Positions 58,305-64,000 of a DNA stretch of 64,000 nt are shown one piece after another. The position numbers and the translations under genes are program-made. Source of the DNA: Gammaproteobacteria bacterium (lineage in GTDB: Bacteria > Pseudomonadota > Gammaproteobacteria > Ga0077554 > Ga007554); contig JACPOZ010000030.1 in NCBI GenBank assembly GCA_016191235.1, positions 3,924 to 67,923 of the forward strand. Direction: 5' to 3'. Every line of letters begins with the position of its first letter. The first letter of the stretch is position 1. The notes under the pieces are model-generated. The model ran no database searches and was not told the origin of the DNA. It saw only the letters and a list, made by a program, of their open reading frames with translations.

Positions 58305-58718
58305 ATGACAGAAAAAGTGATAATGGCGGTGGTCGTCTTGTCGACCTACCTCCTCATGCTCGCCGCCTTCTTCCGGCCGCAACACCGCAAGTTCCACGTC
58401 TCGACGATGATCTTCGTCATGTTGTTTGATATGGGCATACCTGTTTATCTCTATTTCTATCGTGACTGGTATACCCGCCTGTTTGTGCATGGAGATATCG
58501 AATCCTTCCTGGTATGGATGCATGTCATCCTGGTGTTGTCCCTCTACATCCTGTACGTATTCCAGGTCCAGATCGGGCGCAAGCTGTTGCGCGGCGACGC
58601 CGAGGCCAGTCTGCGGATAGAGCACCGTGGGCAGGGGAAAGGTATACTGGTGACGAGGGCGCTGGCGATCCTGACAGGGGCGCTATTGATAGAACCGGAT
58701 CCGGCTGCCAGGGGTTAA
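58305..58718 (+). CDS. small integral membrane protein, function unknown
   Basis: 137 aa with three to four predicted TM helices ([53 protein letters not shown]). Confidence 0.5.
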   Translation: MTEKVIMAVVVLSTYLLMLAAFFRPQHRKFHVSTMIFVMLFDMGIPVYLYFYRDWYTRLFVHGDIESFLVWMHVILVLSLYILYVFQVQIGRKLLRGDAEASLRIEHRGQGKGILVTRALAILTGALLIEPDPAARG

Positions 58719-58786
58719 TGCGCCTTTCCGGATGCTCGCTATCCCAGCTTAGGGTTATTAACCAAAATCCAACAGGAGATTGCAAC

Positions 58787-59242
58787 ATGAAAAAACCAGC
58801 AGCCTTCGTCACCCTGCTCGTCTTGGGTATGAATGGCGTGGCACTTGCCGAAACAGCGAAACAGGAAAAATCAGCGATGACAGAAACAACCAAAACTACC
58901 CAACTGGTGAAAACCGACGTCAAGGTGGGCACAGGGAAAGAGGCTGTGCCCAACAAACTGGTGATCGTGCATTACACCGGCTGGCTCTACGACCCCAAGG
59001 CCCCCAACAACCATGGCGCCAAGTTTGACAGCTCGCGCGATCGCGGCCAGCCATTCGACTTTCTGCTGGGCGGTGGACAGGTCATCAAGGGATGGGATCA
59101 AGGCGTGGCGGGCATGAAAGCAGGCGGTCAGCGCACTTTGATTATTCCACCTGAGATGGGCTATGGCGCACGTGGTGCGGGCGGCGTGATTCCACCCAAT
59201 GCCACGCTGGTGTTTGATGTGGAACTGCTCGACGTTAAATAA
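58787..59242 (+). CDS. periplasmic FKBP-type peptidyl-prolyl cis-trans isomerase
   Basis: Signal peptide [25 protein letters not shown] core [11 protein letters not shown]...[35 protein letters not shown]...[10 protein letters not shown]. The ORF-track start at 58514 is too early. Confidence 0.85.
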   Translation: MKKPAAFVTLLVLGMNGVALAETAKQEKSAMTETTKTTQLVKTDVKVGTGKEAVPNKLVIVHYTGWLYDPKAPNNHGAKFDSSRDRGQPFDFLLGGGQVIKGWDQGVAGMKAGGQRTLIIPPEMGYGARGAGGVIPPNATLVFDVELLDVK

Positions 59243-59249
59243 ATAAGTC

Positions 59250-59283
59250 GACGCCCTTCCCCCTCATGCGAGAGGGAAGGGCC
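59250..59283 (+). terminator. strong hairpin after the FKBP gene
   Basis: GCCCTTCCCCCTC-ATGCGA-GAGGGAAGGGC. Confidence 0.45.
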
Positions 59284-59324
59284 GGAGTGGTGCTAAGATA
59301 CCCTATTTCAAAGGGTTCAAAACC

Positions 59325-60326
59325 ATGCCGCACTCCAACCTGCTCTACCAGGATCTCACCCCGGACCGGTTGCTCAACGCCGTCGAGAGCATCGGGTTAC
59401 GCTGTGATGGCCGGATGCTCGCGCTCAACAGCTACGAGAACCGCGTCTACCAGCTTGGTATCGAGGACGGTGCGCCAGTTATCGCCAAGTTTTACCGCCC
59501 CAACCGCTGGTCAAACGAGGCGATTCTCGAAGAACACGCCTTTACGCTGGAGCTTGCCGGCCGCGAGATCCCGGTAGTCGCGCCGCTTGTCGATGAGGCA
59601 GGCCATACGCTTCATGAATTCGAGGGTTTCCGTTTCGCCCTCTTTCCGCGCCATGCGGGCCGCACGCCCGAGCTGGATGACCCCGATACGCTGGAGTGGA
59701 TGGGCCGCTTCATTGGCCGCATCCATGCCGTGGGCGCCATCGCGCCGTTCCTTCACCGTCCCACGCTCGATATCGAGAGCTTCGGTGACGAGCCCTTTCA
59801 CTTTCTTATGGGGCACGGCTTCATCCCGCCCGATCTGGAACTGAGCTATCGCAGCGTGGCAGAGGATGTGCTTGCGCGGGTACGCGAATGCTATGCACAA
59901 ACCGCCGGAATTACCACCCTCCGCCTGCACGGCGATTGCCATGCCGGCAACATCCTCTGGACGGAGGCCGGCCCGCACTTCGTGGATTTTGATGACTGCC
60001 GCATGGGTCCGGCGATACAGGATCTCTGGATGCTGCTCTCCGGCGACCGCGCCGCCATGAACGCCCAGTTGCTTTACGTCATCGACGGCTACAGCGAATT
60101 TTATGATTTCAACCCTGCGGAGTTGCGGCTGGTGGAGGCGCTACGCAGTCTGCGTATCATCCACTATTCCGGCTGGCTCGCCCGCCGCTGGGAAGATCCA
60201 GCGTTCAAGATGGCCTTCCCCTGGTTTAATACCCAGCACTACTGGCAGAACCAGATCCTCGCCTTGCGCGAGCAGATGGCGGCGCTGGACGAGCCGCCGT
60301 TGCAGCTACTCCCAGGGTATGCTTGA
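59325..60326 (+). CDS. srkA: stress response serine/threonine kinase SrkA (YihE/RdoA family)
   Basis: 333 aa. N-terminal LALNSYENRVYQ, APH-like catalytic region HGDCHAGNILW and DFDD. Confidence 0.8.
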   Translation: MPHSNLLYQDLTPDRLLNAVESIGLRCDGRMLALNSYENRVYQLGIEDGAPVIAKFYRPNRWSNEAILEEHAFTLELAGREIPVVAPLVDEAGHTLHEFEGFRFALFPRHAGRTPELDDPDTLEWMGRFIGRIHAVGAIAPFLHRPTLDIESFGDEPFHFLMGHGFIPPDLELSYRSVAEDVLARVRECYAQTAGITTLRLHGDCHAGNILWTEAGPHFVDFDDCRMGPAIQDLWMLLSGDRAAMNAQLLYVIDGYSEFYDFNPAELRLVEALRSLRIIHYSGWLARRWEDPAFKMAFPWFNTQHYWQNQILALREQMAALDEPPLQLLPGYA

Positions 60327-60386
60327 CATCTGTTTGTATCTTATGGTACAAAAATAGTACCATTTGATTCATGGCCGAGGACGACA

Positions 60387-60794
60387 ATGAATGCCATTAT
60401 CCCGATCCCGCCAAGAAAGGCTGATATTCACGGTAAACAGGGCCGCGAGAGCCTGGCCAGGATGGTGGTGAAACTGTTTGAGCTTTGGGGACTCAACACC
60501 GGTGATCAAGCGGCCTTGCTCGGGCTTTCCAGCGACTCACGTTCAACCGTGGCACGTTATAAAAAGGGCAGCCCGCTCGCTGATAATGCCGACCTCATCG
60601 GGCGCGCCGGGCATCTGCTGGGTATACACAAATCCCTGCGCATTCTGTTTCCGCATAATCGCGATCTGGCTTACCGCTGGGTCGCCACCCCTAACCGCAG
60701 GTTTGATGGCCAAACCCCGCTTTCCATCATGACCAAGGGCTACGAAGGCCTGCTCGCCGTGCGTAGGTATCTTGATTTCGAGCGTGGCCGCTAG
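60387..60794 (+). CDS. Xre/MbcA/ParS-family antitoxin (DUF2384) of a RES-Xre toxin-antitoxin pair
   Basis: 135 aa. C-terminal DUF2384-like AYRWVATPNRRFDGQTPLSIMTKGYEGLLAVRRYLDFE. Confidence 0.75.
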   Translation: MNAIIPIPPRKADIHGKQGRESLARMVVKLFELWGLNTGDQAALLGLSSDSRSTVARYKKGSPLADNADLIGRAGHLLGIHKSLRILFPHNRDLAYRWVATPNRRFDGQTPLSIMTKGYEGLLAVRRYLDFERGR

Positions 60795-61497
60795 CGCCAT
60801 GATATATGGCGAGCTGATTTCCGCAGCCGTGGATTTTCACCGGCATCTCATCAGAAATATCAAAGGCATCCGCGAATCCCAGGCGATTTTTGATGATCTC
60901 GCCGAGAGCGAGGCAGAGATGCGCGTGGCGATTGCCGTCGAATCGGCGGACTTGATCGAAAGCCATGCGCCACTGATTACCCGTCCGTTCGATTATGGCA
61001 CAGTCATCACCTATCCCTTCCTGAATCACAACTGGCAGCAGACACGCTTTAGCAACGGCACCCGCTACGGTGTATGGTACGGCTCGCTGGATGTAGAAAC
61101 CACGGTTTACGAGTCGTCCTATCATTGGTATCGCTTTGTCATGGACAGCTATGCGCAGGAAAATACCGTCATCATAGCGGAGCGGCGGGTTTTTAACGTG
61201 CAGTGCGATGCCATCCTGATCGACTTGCGCGGTAAGGAGAAAAATTATCCGCAACTTGTCGCCACACATGATTATGTTTACACGCAGCAACTGGGTGCCT
61301 ATCTCCAGCAGAAAAACCAGAATGGCCTGCTGGTCAAATCCGCCCGTTGTGATGGCGTGAATGGTACGATTTTTACGCCGGAAGTTTTATCCCATCCATC
61401 CGATGTCTGTTATCTTACCTATACAATGAATCCGGTAGCGGCTGAGATCCTGATTGAAAGGCAGCGTGGCTTGCCGTGGTTTACGATTACAATGTAA
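60772..61497 (+). CDS. RES-domain toxin (MbcT/ParT family)
   Basis: R-E-S signature: RFSNGTRYGVWYGS...ETTVYES...S. An alternative ATG at 60799, 4 nt after the antitoxin stop, gives a 233-aa product. Confidence 0.75.
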   Translation: MISSVAASAMIYGELISAAVDFHRHLIRNIKGIRESQAIFDDLAESEAEMRVAIAVESADLIESHAPLITRPFDYGTVITYPFLNHNWQQTRFSNGTRYGVWYGSLDVETTVYESSYHWYRFVMDSYAQENTVIIAERRVFNVQCDAILIDLRGKEKNYPQLVATHDYVYTQQLGAYLQQKNQNGLLVKSARCDGVNGTIFTPEVLSHPSDVCYLTYTMNPVAAEILIERQRGLPWFTITM

Positions 61498-61534
61498 TTC
61501 CCTCCTGCTTAATGGCTGCGCAATCCGAAAAAAC

Positions 61535-61710
61535 ATGATCCATATCACACGCACCATCGCCATCGACGAAAGCGAAATCGAAGAACACTTTATCCGCGCA
61601 TGCCCCGCAAAAAAACCAAGCCAACGCTCGCCTCGAAAAAACGCCGCCTGGAGGGCAAACGCCGCCGCGGTGAGGCCAAACGCAGCCGGGGGGTTGTTTC
61701 TGATGAGTGA
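61535..61710 (+). pseudogene. arfB: arfB (peptidyl-tRNA hydrolase ribosome-rescue factor) remnant with internal deletion and frameshift
   Basis: The N-terminal MIHITRTIAIDESEIEEHFIRA matches the ArfB start. There is no GGQ domain. The basic ArfB tail (KKTKPTLASKKRRLEGKRRRGEAKRSRG) is in a different frame and ends at 61710. Confidence 0.4.
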
Positions 61711-61762
61711 GGCCTTGGTTCTGTGTGATGAGCGTAATCGAATATGTAAATGTAAAAAAGAA

Positions 61763-61784
61763 GGGGTGCTTGCGCACCCCTTTT
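61763..61784. terminator. bidirectional rho-independent terminator
   Basis: AAAAAAG-GGGGTGC-TTGC-GCACCCC-TTTT. Confidence 0.5.
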
Positions 61785-62279
61785 AAGTGGGAGGTTTAAA
61801 ACAAGCGTGTCACACAAGGAGGGGGAGTATGACACGCTTAACATGGTGCATAAGCTGTGCCATTGATTCTATTGGCCGCGCGCAGGAATGCGCGGGGCTT
61901 GCGAGACACTCACAATATATTGATTTTTATATAAAAAAATATGATCGTTGATAGTTTTCGGTTCAGCGAGGGTAGGCGCGCCCTGTTTTTTAGGTGCCTA
62001 CTGAAGTGGAATACTGGCGAAATTTGGGCGTTTTTTGCACGGTTTCAAGGTGTAATATTTGTCGTGCGCCAAGAAAACGTTCATTGGTTGGCTCAGAACC
62101 TGTTCAAGATCTCGATCAAGGGAAGAGCGCAAGCGAAGGGTTCCCAGTGCAAGGCAAAATCGAACGAAAAAGCGGAGCATACATGAAGTCTGCCGCTTCA
62201 CGGCCCCGCATTTTGAGTTCGCCCTTATATATTAAGGTAACGCCGCAATGCGCCCTTCAGCGAGATATTGAACAGGTTC

Positions 62280-63779
62280 TCAACTCTCCTTCCGGCATTC
62301 GTGCGTCACTTTCACCTCGCCATCCTCATGCACGGTCTCCAGGCGTACGGTGAAGCCCCATAACCGGGCGAGGTGTTTGAGCACTTCGTCGGCGTCGTCG
62401 TTCATTGGGCGCCGGTTGTGCTGGATATGGCGCAGGGTCAGCGAGCGGTCGCCGCGGCGATTGACGTTGTAGACCTGGATATTGGGTTCGCGGTTGCCCA
62501 GGTTGTAATTTTCGGCGAGCGCCTGGCGGATGTAGCGGTAGCCGCGTTCGTCGTGTATCGCCGAGATTTCGAGTTGATTGTCTGTGTCGTCGTCGAGCAC
62601 GGCGAACAGTTTCAGGTCGCGGATCAGCTTGGGCGACAGGTATTGCGCGATAAAACTCTCGTCCTTGAAGTTACGCATGGCGAAATCCAATGACTTGATC
62701 CAGTCGCTACCGGCAAGATCCGGGAACCAGTGCCTGTCTTCGTCGGTGGGGTGCTCGCAGATGCGGCGGATGTCGCTCATCATGGCAAAGCCCAGCGCAT
62801 AGGGATTGATGCCGCTGTAGTACTTGCTGTCATACGGCGGTTGATAGACTACGTTAGTGTGGGATTGCAGGAATTCGATCATGAAGCCGTCGCTGAGCAG
62901 GCCTTCGTCGTACATAGTGTTGAGGATGGTGTAGTGCCAGAAGGTCGCCCAGCCCTCGTTCATCACCTGGGTCTGGCGCTGCGGATAGAAATATTGCGCC
63001 ATTTTTCTGACGATACGCACGACCTCGCGTTGCCACGGTTCCAATAGCGGGGCATTTTTCTCGATGAAATAGAGGAGGTTTTCCTGCGGCTCCGGCGGGA
63101 AATGTTCTTCCTCATGCACATTGGCGCGCTTGTCTGTCACCGGCACGGTGCGCCACAGGTCGTTGATGCGCGATTGCAGGTACTCTTCCCGCTCCTTGTG
63201 CCGCTGCTGCTCCTCTTGCAGAGAGAGGCGGGCGGGGCGTTTGTAGCGGTCTACGCCGTAATTCATCAGGGCGTGACAGGAGTCCAGCACCGCCTCGACC
63301 TCATCGGCGCCATAGCGCTGCTCACACTCGGCGATGTAGTTTCGGGCGAACAACAGATAGTCGACGATGGATTCCGCATCTGTCCAGGCGCGGAACAGAT
63401 AATTGCCCTTGAAAAAGGAATTGTGGCCGTAAGCGGCATGGGCGATTACCAGGGCCTGCATCATCATGGTGTTTTCTTCCATGAGGTAGGCGATGCACGG
63501 ACTGGAGTTGATGACGATCTCGTACGCCAGGCCCATCTGGCCGCGCCGGTAACGCTGTTCGACACCGAGGAACTGCTTGCCGAACGACCAATGCGCATAG
63601 CCCACCGGCATGCCTACATAGGAGTAGGCGTCCATCATCTGTTCCGCGGTGATGATCTCTATCTGGTTGGGATAGGTGTCGAGCTTGTAATGTGCGGCAA
63701 CACGGGCGATCTCATTGTGATACTTGTCGAGCAGATCGAAGGTCCACTCGGATGTTTCGGACAACACGCGCTTTTCCAT
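62280..63779 (-). CDS. SpoVR family protein (YcgB homologue)
   Basis: 499 aa of the SpoVR family. The yeaH-like gene directly upstream overlaps it. Confidence 0.85.
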   Translation of the reverse strand: MEKRVLSETSEWTFDLLDKYHNEIARVAAHYKLDTYPNQIEIITAEQMMDAYSYVGMPVGYAHWSFGKQFLGVEQRYRRGQMGLAYEIVINSSPCIAYLMEENTMMMQALVIAHAAYGHNSFFKGNYLFRAWTDAESIVDYLLFARNYIAECEQRYGADEVEAVLDSCHALMNYGVDRYKRPARLSLQEEQQRHKEREEYLQSRINDLWRTVPVTDKRANVHEEEHFPPEPQENLLYFIEKNAPLLEPWQREVVRIVRKMAQYFYPQRQTQVMNEGWATFWHYTILNTMYDEGLLSDGFMIEFLQSHTNVVYQPPYDSKYYSGINPYALGFAMMSDIRRICEHPTDEDRHWFPDLAGSDWIKSLDFAMRNFKDESFIAQYLSPKLIRDLKLFAVLDDDTDNQLEISAIHDERGYRYIRQALAENYNLGNREPNIQVYNVNRRGDRSLTLRHIQHNRRPMNDDADEVLKHLARLWGFTVRLETVHEDGEVKVTHECRKES

Positions 63780-63780
63780 G

Positions 63781-64000
63781 TCACACCAGCTTTTTCTGGA
63801 AGAGTTTGCGAAACACGGGATAGATATCCGCGGGTTCGGTAATATGCTGCATGGCGAAATTCGGGCAGGACCGCTTCACGGTCAGATATTCGCGCCACAG
63901 CCCCTGATGATTCTCATCGGTGATCTCGATGTAGGCGTAATACTGCATGTTCGGCATGATGGCGTTGATCAGGATGTCGCGGCAGATCGGTGAATCGTCG
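63781..64000 (-). CDS. YeaH/DUF444 family protein, C-terminal part (5' end beyond the window)
   Basis: The minus-strand translation ends ...NAIMPNMQYYAYIEITDENHQGLWREYLTVKRSCPNFAMQHITEPADIYPVFRKLFQKKLV*. The stop abuts the spoVR ATG (TGACATG). Confidence 0.7.
   Translation of the reverse strand, partial: DDSPICRDILINAIMPNMQYYAYIEITDENHQGLWREYLTVKRSCPNFAMQHITEPADIYPVFRKLFQKKLV

Noticed and set aside
62373-63047. Forward ORFs of 74-106 aa
   Set aside because: They are antisense to spoVR.

Overview
The window reads as a GC-rich (~60%) betaproteobacterial chromosome segment; the taxon call is inferred from gene order only. Conserved backbone, in window order: ntrX/ntrY two-component pair, a DUF4390 gene, rsmB, fmt and def on the minus strand; then a LysM protein, dprA, smg and topA; then mlaFED, a TolC-like gene, mlaCB, ibaG and murA; then hisGDCBHAF; then hrpB, mltD, gloB, a SAM methyltransferase, rnhA and dnaQ; then an ankyrin-repeat protein, an FKBP isomerase, srkA, a RES-Xre toxin-antitoxin pair, and spoVR with the start of yeaH. 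Three accessory or decayed regions interrupt this backbone. (1) A ~10.4 kb type I restriction-modification island (11.8-22.3 kb) reads hsdM, a Y1/HuH transposase-like gene, hsdS, fic, hsdR and a coupled M48/DUF45 metallopeptidase. It is inserted into a rimI-like GNAT gene, leaving a truncated, frameshifted remnant. hsdM carries an apparent +1 frameshift, and the RAYT-like gene is translationally coupled between hsdM and hsdS. (2) A ~12 kb insertion (35.3-47.5 kb) follows hisF where hisIE would be expected. It opens with an ABC-type AAA ATPase plus a DUF4276/Toprim-like gene, a split OLD/PARIS-like candidate phage-defence pair. It also holds a secreted S8 subtilase, a 1187-aa BNR-repeat + VWA + C-terminal beta-barrel protein, lipoproteins, an internally deleted IS4-family element, and gene remnants (macro-domain start, ridA tail). 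(3) Near the window end are a RES/Xre toxin-antitoxin pair and an arfB remnant with an internal deletion. The window is also rich in small inverted-repeat (MITE/REP-like) elements belonging to at least three families, and in tandem perfect hairpins between murA and hisG. No rRNA, tRNA or CRISPR array was found. Coordinates of small repeats are accurate to about +/-2 nt.
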